This document shows, one piece after another, positions 35,343-43,847 of a stretch of DNA of 64,000 nt. How positions within the stretch are numbered: position 1 is the first letter of the stretch; each line of letters opens with the position of its first letter. The position numbers were made by a program, and so were the translations under genes. The notes beneath the pieces were generated by a model. It had not been told where the DNA came from, ran no database searches, and worked only from the letters and a program-made list of their open reading frames with translations. The stretch is taken from the IMG/VR virus record IMGVR_UViG_3300046092_000062, positions 62,001-126,000 of that record. One strand, 5' to 3'.

Positions 35343-36858
35343 ATTAATTATCAAAGACGAAGTTAACGTAAAGATTGAAGGCGTTGACGTAGGGGTTAGG
35401 AAGAAACTTGTAGACAAGTTCAAATACGAAATCCCCGGAGCACGGTATCAGCCTAGCGTTCGCTTGGGACGATGGGACGGCAAAGTTAGTTACTTTCAAT
35501 TAGGTGGCAGCAGCTACATTAACCTGTTGCCTGAAATCTTGCCCGTACTAGATGCAGCAGGTTACGACATCGAAATTGACGATCGTCGCACATACTCTAA
35601 TACCATTGTGTTTGACGAGTTTAAAGAAGACACGTTTGCTCACAAGACATGGCCTGTTGGGCATCCGGCAGCAGGACAGCCTGTTATGTTCCGCGACTAT
35701 CAAGTTGGTATTATCAACAACTTCTTACAGAACCCGCAGGCATTGCAAGAGATTGCCACAGGCGCAGGCAAGACAATTATGACTGCGGCGTTGTCGTTGA
35801 GTGCCGAGAAGTACGGTAAGAGTGTGGTTATTGTTCCTAACAAGGACTTGGTGCGTCAAACAGAGCTAGACTACATTAACTTGGGATTAGACGTTGGTGT
35901 GTACTTTGGTGATCGCAAGGAAGTTGGACGCACTCATACTATTTGCACATGGCAGAGCTTGAACATTCTAATGAAGAACAGTGAAGGCCGCAATGGTGAA
36001 GATGAACCGGCTAGCCATCGTTTGTTAAAGGATCCAACAGACTATATCATTGACGATCTCGTTGATGGAGTGGCATTAGTTATGGTAGACGAAGTACACA
36101 TGGCCAAAGCAGATGCGTTAAAGACTTTGTTGACAAGTGTGTTTGCCCATGTGCCTATCCGTTGGGGACTAACAGGAACAGTGCCTAAAGAAGAATATGC
36201 AGCAGTGTCAATCTTCTGTAGCCTTGGTCCGGTAGTTGGTAAGCTAAGTGCAAGTGAATTGCAAGAAGCCGGACATTTGGCCATGTGCCACGTTAACGTT
36301 GTGCAGCTAATTGATCACGTAGAGTATAAAGACTACCAAAGTGAACTAAAGTACTTGACTACTACAGCGGCACGTATTGCATACATTGCCAAGCTAGTGG
36401 ACAAGATTAAAGAGGGCGGTAATACCCTTGTTCTAGTTGACCGCATTGAAACTGGCAAGATGTTGCAAGTGGAACTGAGTGGATTGTTTAGTTTACTAAG
36501 CGACAAGCCAGACGTGATGTTTGTTAACGGATCTACTAAAGCAAAGGATCGGAAAGATGAATATGACGATGTTGCAACAGCAACTAACAAGATTATTGTG
36601 GCGACTTATGGTGTGGCCGCTGTGGGTATTAATATTCCTAGGATTTTTAATCTGGTTCTTATGGAGCCCGGAAAGAGCTTTGTGCGGGTTATACAAAGTA
36701 TTGGGCGAGGCATTAGAAAAGCGGAAGACAAAGACCATGTAGAGATTTGGGATGTGACCAGTACCTGCAAGTTTTCTAAACGTCACCTAACAGCACGTAA
36801 GAAATTCTACAAAGATGCTAACTACCCATTTACAGTAGAGAAGATTGATTGGCAATGA
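35332..36858 (+). CDS. uvsW: UvsW-like superfamily 2 DNA helicase
   Basis: FRDYQ Q-motif, ATGAGKT, DEVH, GLTGT, QSIGRGIR; probable TTG start. Confidence 0.9.
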   Translation: MQAKLIIKDEVNVKIEGVDVGVRKKLVDKFKYEIPGARYQPSVRLGRWDGKVSYFQLGGSSYINLLPEILPVLDAAGYDIEIDDRRTYSNTIVFDEFKEDTFAHKTWPVGHPAAGQPVMFRDYQVGIINNFLQNPQALQEIATGAGKTIMTAALSLSAEKYGKSVVIVPNKDLVRQTELDYINLGLDVGVYFGDRKEVGRTHTICTWQSLNILMKNSEGRNGEDEPASHRLLKDPTDYIIDDLVDGVALVMVDEVHMAKADALKTLLTSVFAHVPIRWGLTGTVPKEEYAAVSIFCSLGPVVGKLSASELQEAGHLAMCHVNVVQLIDHVEYKDYQSELKYLTTTAARIAYIAKLVDKIKEGGNTLVLVDRIETGKMLQVELSGLFSLLSDKPDVMFVNGSTKAKDRKDEYDDVATATNKIIVATYGVAAVGINIPRIFNLVLMEPGKSFVRVIQSIGRGIRKAEDKDHVEIWDVTSTCKFSKRHLTARKKFYKDANYPFTVEKIDWQ

Positions 36859-37631
36859 AGGGAGTGATCCTTTACTTTCCGTGGGGTGCTGCTGGTAATC
36901 TTGTTCGTAACATAATTACCATTGACCCGCGCTTTGACTTCTTTGATGACAAGGAGTTTAGAGATTCTTACCCTACAGCTACAGACAGGTACAACTGGTT
37001 ATTGGAATATTATCAACGACTAATGGCTCCTGCTTTGTGGCTACAGCGTGAGTGGAGTATTCGGCAAAAGCTGCACACCTGCTATTACACTAACAATCGA
37101 ATACAGTTCTGGAACCCTGACGCATTAGTTGCATACGACTGTCATGGCCAAGAGCATGAAATCGACGAGATCCTGTCTAACCAACAACTGCGGTGTTATG
37201 ACCGACATCGTATTGCTACCGGCGAACGAGATGAACAACTTAGTACATGGCACTTGCAAGACTGCAACCATGTTTTTCTCTTGCCCAGCAACACTAAGCT
37301 GATAGCTGAAATATATAACAGCAAAAATCCATCGCTAAACCAACTAAACGGTAGCCTGCAGGAGAAACAAACAGCGGCATTGGTTGCCATAAACGCCATG
37401 TCTAATCGTCTCAGTAGTCTAGTAGATCCACTAATCACTAACGGCAGCAAGGTAAACATTTACACAGCAGACACGCTATACACTGCAAACGGATACGATA
37501 TTATCAATGACATAGTGACAAATTTACATTTAGAAGTCACGTTACACCAGATTAAGACATTGCACTCAATATGGTTGCAAAGTACTAAAGAAGTGTACTA
37601 TAATTATTTTAACAGAGAGCTTACCACATGA
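36855..37631 (+). CDS. hypothetical, sulfotransferase-like P-loop N-terminus
   Basis: ILYFPWGAAGNLV. Confidence 0.55.
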   Translation: MKGVILYFPWGAAGNLVRNIITIDPRFDFFDDKEFRDSYPTATDRYNWLLEYYQRLMAPALWLQREWSIRQKLHTCYYTNNRIQFWNPDALVAYDCHGQEHEIDEILSNQQLRCYDRHRIATGERDEQLSTWHLQDCNHVFLLPSNTKLIAEIYNSKNPSLNQLNGSLQEKQTAALVAINAMSNRLSSLVDPLITNGSKVNIYTADTLYTANGYDIINDIVTNLHLEVTLHQIKTLHSIWLQSTKEVYYNYFNRELTT

Positions 37632-38131
37632 GAATATTAACGCTGGATAATACAGCATACGACCTTAACGAAATTCCCGATGAAGTTGAGGACTTGCGAT
37701 TCGCAGTACTTGATAACAGCGATAACAAGAACCCCGATTACTTTTACATTCCCTTAATCTTTTTGGAATCATTTAATAGTCCTGCATTAGTGCTAAAAAT
37801 TGGAGACAGCGTTATTAAGATGCCAGTTGATTGGCAACTGCTAATCGGAGAACCAGATCTAGGCGATCTTGAAGTAGTTCCATTAACAAGCATTAACGAC
37901 AGAGGCTTCAGTGTATTCTGCTTTAATCCACTAAGCAGCTTCAAGCCAGAATTTAAACCAGTTGAGATTGTAGACATTTATCAAGATGTTAAATGGTACT
38001 TTCCTAAACTCAAACCTGGGCAGATGCTAGCAGTGCCGCTTGAGTCGGGAACAGAGAAACCCCTATGCGCCTACTTTGTAAAAGACATTAGTCGTCAAAG
38101 TGAGGTCGTTGATTACAGTAAGTGTTGGTAA
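37628..38131 (+). CDS. conserved-looking all-beta protein, possible degenerate Hint fold
   Basis: LKIGDSVIKMPVDWQLL...VEIVDI...WYFPKL pattern; no N-terminal Cys. Confidence 0.6.
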   Translation: MRILTLDNTAYDLNEIPDEVEDLRFAVLDNSDNKNPDYFYIPLIFLESFNSPALVLKIGDSVIKMPVDWQLLIGEPDLGDLEVVPLTSINDRGFSVFCFNPLSSFKPEFKPVEIVDIYQDVKWYFPKLKPGQMLAVPLESGTEKPLCAYFVKDISRQSEVVDYSKCW

Positions 38132-38132
38132 T

Positions 38133-38282
38133 ATGGGCAATTACACAGAACCACAAATTTTTGAAACCATTAATAGACTCGCTAGAATCTATTTGGAGAG
38201 CTACCCAGACGACAAGGAAGGACTGGAACGTTTCTTGCGCTGGGCACATCTACAATACGGATACAAGTATGGGACAGCTTAA
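38133..38282 (+). CDS. small hypothetical protein (49 aa)
   Basis: MGNYTEPQIFETINRLARIY... Confidence 0.55.
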   Translation: MGNYTEPQIFETINRLARIYLESYPDDKEGLERFLRWAHLQYGYKYGTA

Positions 38283-38544
38283 ACCTGGTGCCACTTACAT
38301 TTACGAAAGCCCGGATGGTGGCCAAACAACCTATGCTAGAGAAGTTGGTACCAATGAGCGTGTGATGATTGGGCAAAGTTACTCAGCCAGTAGCAAATGG
38401 GATCAAATCCAAGAGGATAAACTATGGGGTAATATTCGTCGCAAGGCAAAGAGTCATCCCGGTTTACAAGAAGAGCTAGATCGTGTTATAATGTTCTATA
38501 AACTACTTGAAGACAACGACGAAGTTATGTGGCATCCTGTATGA
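38269..38544 (+). CDS. hypothetical protein
   Basis: MGQLKPGATYIYESPDGGQTTYARE; start moved to 38269. Confidence 0.65.
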   Translation: MGQLKPGATYIYESPDGGQTTYAREVGTNERVMIGQSYSASSKWDQIQEDKLWGNIRRKAKSHPGLQEELDRVIMFYKLLEDNDEVMWHPV

Positions 38545-38738
38545 TAAAATATCAATACCATTATATATCCAGCCTTATTAGAGATTCAGATTCCATTGGT
38601 TCATGGATAAACACCACCGCTGAGTTAAATGAGCTTGGTGCAGAGGGGTGGGATGTTGTTACTATAACACCTGATTCCTCTAATGTGGTTGGATCGTTTT
38701 TAAACATAGTACTCCGGAGACCCTATATAGATGAGTGA
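38541..38738 (+). CDS. DUF4177-like small protein
   Basis: YQYHYI...LNELGAEGWDVV...LRRP. Confidence 0.55.
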   Translation: MIKYQYHYISSLIRDSDSIGSWINTTAELNELGAEGWDVVTITPDSSNVVGSFLNIVLRRPYIDE

Positions 38739-39198
38739 TAAACTAAACATCGCAAATGAGATGGCACAGTTTGATAACAAGAACCGTGACTTCTACGATA
38801 GCCTAAGCGAAGAAGAAAAGAAAAAGTTTAGCCCATTCCTAATGATTCGTTGGGGTGCTACAGTAGAAGGCAGCGCAGACATGCAGGCCTATTACTTAAT
38901 GAGCCTAAACGAAAAGTTAAATAAACAGTTCTTCGACGTAAGCACAAGTGAGCACAAAAAGCTACAGTGGTTGTTGGCCACTACAGTTAGTCCAGGATTG
39001 GGCAAACAGTATCACAAGTGGTTGGCAGGTAAGAAGAAAGAAAGTAACAACAAAGCAGTTAAGTTTCTTAGAGGAATTTACCCGCACTTGAAAGAAGATG
39101 AAATTGAGCTACTCGGACGACTTAACAGTAAAGACGATCTTAAACGACTGGCTAAAGAGCACGGATGGGATGACAAGCGAATCAAAGCAGACCTATAA
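38731..39198 (+). CDS. possible clamp-loader small subunit (T4 gp62-like)
   Basis: FSPFLMIRW...LNEKLN...LQW pattern; replication context. Confidence 0.5.
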   Translation: MSDKLNIANEMAQFDNKNRDFYDSLSEEEKKKFSPFLMIRWGATVEGSADMQAYYLMSLNEKLNKQFFDVSTSEHKKLQWLLATTVSPGLGKQYHKWLAGKKKESNNKAVKFLRGIYPHLKEDEIELLGRLNSKDDLKRLAKEHGWDDKRIKADL

Positions 39199-39871
39199 GT
39201 GTCAGTATTGTAGCAAATCATTTGCTAAGGAATCTACTCTAGCAAGTCATGCCTGCGAACAAAAGCGCAGAGCACAGCAACAAAACGAAACTGGCGTACA
39301 GTTGGGCTTTAAAGCATACCTGCGATTTTATCAAACAACACAAGGTGCAGGCAAGATCAAAACATACGAAGACTTTGCTGGTAGTCCATACTACACAGCA
39401 TTTGTTAAGTTTGGCAGACACCTTGTGGGCATACGTGCAGTTAACCCACTGGTATTCATCGACTGGTTACTTAAAAACAATAAGAAGTTAGACTACTGGA
39501 CCAAGGATGCGTTTTACGCAGAGTGGTTAGCAGAGTACATGAAAAAAGAAAACCCGCAAGACGCATTAGAGCGGGCACTAAAGGAAATGACAAGTTATGC
39601 AGAGGATCATCCAGAACTTAAAAACGGGTATAGAGACTATTTCAGATACGCTAATGGTAATAGGATCTGTCATCATATTAGCACCGGTCGTATTAGTCCT
39701 TGGGTTGTCTTTAATTGTGAGAGCGGGGTTGCCTTTCTTGATACGTTATCTAATGAACAAGTGGAAATAATTTTGCCTGCTATTGATCCTGATTACTGGC
39801 AGAAGAAGTTTAGAGATTATCCAGAAGACGTAACGTGGGTTAAATCAATTATGGAAGCAGCGGGACTATGA
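39170..39871 (+). CDS. C2H2-type zinc-finger protein
   Basis: YKCQYCSKSFAKESTLASHAC; start moved to 39170. Confidence 0.7.
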   Translation: MTSESKQTYKCQYCSKSFAKESTLASHACEQKRRAQQQNETGVQLGFKAYLRFYQTTQGAGKIKTYEDFAGSPYYTAFVKFGRHLVGIRAVNPLVFIDWLLKNNKKLDYWTKDAFYAEWLAEYMKKENPQDALERALKEMTSYAEDHPELKNGYRDYFRYANGNRICHHISTGRISPWVVFNCESGVAFLDTLSNEQVEIILPAIDPDYWQKKFRDYPEDVTWVKSIMEAAGL

Positions 39872-40458
39872 TTTTCAAAAGTGACGTAGACATTGACTTT
39901 GGCGATCGTAATAGAGCGCTGGCATTGCTAAAGCACACGCCAGCAGCCATTATTCGTGACGGTAAGTTGATCAAGCACAATACGGGCATCTATGTAACTG
40001 ATGTACCTGAGGATCCATTCATGTGCGTTGCAGGCATTGATCACAAAGCGGCAGAGGATCGCGGCTATGCCAAGCTGGACTTTCTGAATGTTTCTTTATA
40101 TACGCAGATAAAGAATGAGCAGCATTTGCAAGAACTGCTAGCCATTGAGCCAGACTGGGCAGCGTTATATGATCCAGAGTTTTGTGCTAAGTTGATTCAC
40201 ATTGGCGCACATTACGATACACTGATTAAGATGCCAGAAGCGGTGAATACTATTCCACGTATGGCTATGTTTCTAGCATTGATTCGCCCTGCTAAAAGGC
40301 ATTTGATTGGGAAAACTTGGAAGGAAGTTGCTGCTACAGTTTGGGACAAACCTGAAGACGACAGCTACTTCTTTAAGAAAAGCCACGCAGTTGCTTACGC
40401 ACATCTTGTGGTTGTAAACATGAACCTTCTATCCCAAGCGTCTAACGAGGGTAATTGA
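39868..40458 (+). CDS. dnaE: miniature DNA polymerase III alpha (family C) catalytic core
   Basis: SDVDIDF, KHNTG, GYAKLDFL, FKKSHAVAYA in DnaE order within 196 aa. Confidence 0.8.
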   Translation: MIFKSDVDIDFGDRNRALALLKHTPAAIIRDGKLIKHNTGIYVTDVPEDPFMCVAGIDHKAAEDRGYAKLDFLNVSLYTQIKNEQHLQELLAIEPDWAALYDPEFCAKLIHIGAHYDTLIKMPEAVNTIPRMAMFLALIRPAKRHLIGKTWKEVAATVWDKPEDDSYFFKKSHAVAYAHLVVVNMNLLSQASNEGN

Positions 40459-40800
40459 TCGGCGCTTTGAGCGTTTGCTAGCCATCTCTTTAAGGCTAGT
40501 TTGTGGACCTACTTTGATTTCCACGTCTTTACTGTTCATAGTCTTAACGCATGGCTTGAACACAACCCAATCAGCTTTAAGAAACACGTTGATTGGGATT
40601 AATCTATTGCTTTCCCACCACCATTGCTCGCCTAGTTCTAGAAACTTGGCCTTTTGTTCCGGCGTCTTCAAGCTACCAAAGTCGTAGATCGTAGTGATCT
40701 GCTCGTCTGCGTTTTGGACAATCCCGATATAATCATTCCCACCGTACACTAGATACGTTATAAAGGGATATTGTTCTAATAGCTGTTGTATTTGTTCCAC
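40429..40800 (-). CDS. hypothetical protein
   Basis: 123 aa, convergent with mini-DnaE, TAG stop. Confidence 0.7.
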   Translation of the reverse strand: MEQIQQLLEQYPFITYLVYGGNDYIGIVQNADEQITTIYDFGSLKTPEQKAKFLELGEQWWWESNRLIPINVFLKADWVVFKPCVKTMNSKDVEIKVGPQTSLKEMASKRSKRRSITLVRRLG

Positions 40801-40835
40801 CGTGTTTCGCTAAATATGTTAAAGATAATCTGAAA

Positions 40836-41330
40836 ATGCAGACTACCAAAATATATTTATATGATAACACGGTGACGGTTCAAATAATGGACCCCACCAT
40901 CTTCACCACAAGGAACAGACCTGTGTACAGTCGCCCTATTAAAGTCTATCAAGGTATAGACAACCCAATCCAAGTTTTAGTAAAGAACCAGGACCAGAAA
41001 GCTGCAAACATTGCAGGCTATGCAGTCCAAGCTGATATCCAAGACCCAACTAACCAAGTGACGGTTAGCAGCTATGCTGTCACATTCTCTAATGTGTCGT
41101 TGGGACAAGGTACATTTACTATTGACAAAAATACTGTTAGCAGCTTAGAGCAACGTTTCTACAAGTTAACCTTTAAAACAATTAAAACAAGTGACAATTC
41201 AGAGACACCTGCGTATGTAGATGACAACTACGGCGCACCACTAGACCTGCAAGTGCTACCTGCATATTATTCAGTAACTGAGCCTAGCCCAACTGTTGAT
41301 AATAGTGTAATTGATGGCGGAGATATTTAA
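40836..41330 (+). CDS. putative virion structural protein (beta-rich)
   Basis: TAAATA at 40811; heads tail-fibre operon. Confidence 0.6.
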   Translation: MQTTKIYLYDNTVTVQIMDPTIFTTRNRPVYSRPIKVYQGIDNPIQVLVKNQDQKAANIAGYAVQADIQDPTNQVTVSSYAVTFSNVSLGQGTFTIDKNTVSSLEQRFYKLTFKTIKTSDNSETPAYVDDNYGAPLDLQVLPAYYSVTEPSPTVDNSVIDGGDI

Positions 41331-42817
41331 TGACTATAGCAAATGTAAATGTAAGACAAATCTTACTTAAAAAGGGCAACACTGCTCGAAGCCAAAACTA
41401 CACCGGTGCAATTGGTGAAATTACCCTAGATACAGATTTAAACAGTATCAGAGTACACAATGGCGTTACAGCAGGCGGCGTTAATATACTTGCGACTCAA
41501 GCGCAAATCAACGCTCTAACATCTAGTATTAGTACTATCACTGGATTAGATGCCAACTTAGTTGCGAACATTAGCTCGTTGCTAGCCAATGCAGCAAGTC
41601 AACAGACCACGATCAATTCTTTACTTGCCAACGCAGCAAGCCAACAAACACAGATTGCTAATATTACCACCGGTACTGCAACCTTTGGAAACTTGTTACC
41701 AAGTGCTAACGTAACATACAGTTTAGGTAGCCCGACACAGCAGTGGAAAGACTTGTACGTTAGCAGCAACACTATCTACATTGCTGGTATCCCGTTGCGA
41801 GTAGACACCAATGGAAATTTAACCATTAACGGCAACAGTGTAAGCGGTGGTCCGAGTGGAACGGTATTGCCGCCGGACGCAAATGGCGTGCTAACTAACC
41901 TCAATGGGGGACTGGCGTGGGGCGATCCTAATAGACTTGGCTATAACGACACCTTAATCTATATGTCGGGGTATGATTCTAATCTTATTTTCCAGCGTGG
42001 ACAAACACGCTACGGTGAAATTAAAGCAGGTCCGGAATTCTTTGGACTAGAAAACAGCGGCGAAATTACCATTAACACCGGCGCCACATGGTCCTTTGCA
42101 CAGGATGGTACATTAACATTCCCTGACAATCTCACAGTTGTTGACAGCGTTATTGGTCGTCGACTAGAAGAAGTTAACGGCGAAGCAGTGGATGCAGTAG
42201 GATCAAAGTTGACATTTACTGATACTGATGTACAAATGGAGGCATACGCCGATCCAGACGGACTTAACAACATAGCTCATGCTCGCTTGTTTGCTAATGC
42301 TACCTCAGCAATTATGGAAGCATCGATTGAAGACGTCGCTGGCGTAACTTTTGGACGAATAACAGTAGCTGGTGGTGGCATAGACATGTCACTAAGTGAT
42401 GGTGTACTCGACAATTCGTGGGACTTTGCTTTAGATGGGACTACATTATTACCCAATGGTGGTCGAGTAGTTTTTGGTGCGCAAAACGGCGATTCGTACA
42501 TCCAAGCAGGGCAAGGCTTCCACATCAGTAGCCGCGAAGGCATTAGTCTTGAAGCAGTGGATGCAACAGATCCAGAGAATCCAGTTACACAAGGATGGTA
42601 CTTTAGTCCAGATAGCAGAATAACATTCCCTGATGGTACAAAGCAAGGTACTGCATACGTCCACAATAATGTCAACTTAGATGGCGGAGGAGCTAGCACA
42701 GTGTACGAAGTAGAAACAGCATACGCAGATGGCGGCTTTGCTAGCATTAGAAGTTTTAGTGAAACGTTTGATGGCAACGAAGGCAACAATTACATATTAG
42801 ATGGTGGTAGAGCATAA
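41330..42817 (+). CDS. tail fibre protein with Mtd-N/hyaluronidase-like N-terminal domain
   Basis: QILLKKG...GEITLDTD...HNGVTAGG; duplicated LLANAASQQT; DGTLTFPD repeats. Confidence 0.75.
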   Translation: MTIANVNVRQILLKKGNTARSQNYTGAIGEITLDTDLNSIRVHNGVTAGGVNILATQAQINALTSSISTITGLDANLVANISSLLANAASQQTTINSLLANAASQQTQIANITTGTATFGNLLPSANVTYSLGSPTQQWKDLYVSSNTIYIAGIPLRVDTNGNLTINGNSVSGGPSGTVLPPDANGVLTNLNGGLAWGDPNRLGYNDTLIYMSGYDSNLIFQRGQTRYGEIKAGPEFFGLENSGEITINTGATWSFAQDGTLTFPDNLTVVDSVIGRRLEEVNGEAVDAVGSKLTFTDTDVQMEAYADPDGLNNIAHARLFANATSAIMEASIEDVAGVTFGRITVAGGGIDMSLSDGVLDNSWDFALDGTTLLPNGGRVVFGAQNGDSYIQAGQGFHISSREGISLEAVDATDPENPVTQGWYFSPDSRITFPDGTKQGTAYVHNNVNLDGGGASTVYEVETAYADGGFASIRSFSETFDGNEGNNYILDGGRA

Positions 42818-43815
42818 TGGCAAATAGAATACAACTACGCAGAGATACAGCAGCTAACTGGGCTAGCGTTAACCCTGTATTAGCAGATGGCGAGCCCGGC
42901 TTAGAGTGGGACACAAACAAGATCAAATACGGCGATGGCATTACTAGCTGGGACGGATTGAGCTATGCTGGCAACGAGGTCACTTACGGTAACGTGCAAG
43001 TTGCAGAATACCTTACTCAATTTGATGGTACCATTAACTTTACATCTAGTCCAGCTGGTATCAGTGGAGCTGGTATTATCAGCACAGAAAGCCTGATTGC
43101 GTCGACTGCAACACTAACTTCGATTGAAAATGAAGTATCACAGGTGGGCACACAAATCACCGGAATTGAAGCATGGGCCGGCGCTGGCGCAGATAACGGC
43201 TTTGTATGGATTGGATCTAATCCCAATTTTGATTCGTTGTTTAACATCGGCGATAGCATTGTTGGTTGGAGTTTTTACCCAGAGGGATCTCCGGAGGCAG
43301 CAGTAACTATTACAGAATACAACCCACCACTTGGTGCTCCTGCCTTGCGCTTTTCTGGAAGTCCTGGTTCGGCACCGTATGTAGCACAAAGTCCAGATTA
43401 TTCGTCTGTACAAAATCCAGTGACAGTAACCGTTGACACTAATAACTGGGTGTTTAATGCAGATGGATCACTAACATTGCCAGCAACGTCTGCTAACGTG
43501 AGCATTGATGCTACTACTAACATTGTGTCCTTGGGCACTAACGATACTATCACATTCAGTGGGTTTAGTGGAGAAATCCTAGTTAACGACTTGTATGATG
43601 GTTACATGTACAAATATCTAGTGGGTAGCGGCAGCGTTTGGTTAATGGGCAGTACAAACACCAATTGGACTCCGGCAAATACTGCGCCAGGAAACAGCGT
43701 AACAGTTGCTGGTTATACGTCAATTGCATTTACTACCGGCGCATACATATTCACTAACTTGGCAGAAGAACGATCATACAGCTTTTATGCCGTTAAGACC
43801 AGAAACGGTGCTTAA
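42817..43815 (+). CDS. tail fibre protein with major tropism determinant N-terminal domain
   Basis: RIQLRRDTAANW...NPVLADGEPGLEWDTNKIKYGDG. Confidence 0.8.
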   Translation: MANRIQLRRDTAANWASVNPVLADGEPGLEWDTNKIKYGDGITSWDGLSYAGNEVTYGNVQVAEYLTQFDGTINFTSSPAGISGAGIISTESLIASTATLTSIENEVSQVGTQITGIEAWAGAGADNGFVWIGSNPNFDSLFNIGDSIVGWSFYPEGSPEAAVTITEYNPPLGAPALRFSGSPGSAPYVAQSPDYSSVQNPVTVTVDTNNWVFNADGSLTLPATSANVSIDATTNIVSLGTNDTITFSGFSGEILVNDLYDGYMYKYLVGSGSVWLMGSTNTNWTPANTAPGNSVTVAGYTSIAFTTGAYIFTNLAEERSYSFYAVKTRNGA

Positions 43816-43847
43816 CAATAAATATAACATAACAAGGATTTTAGAAA

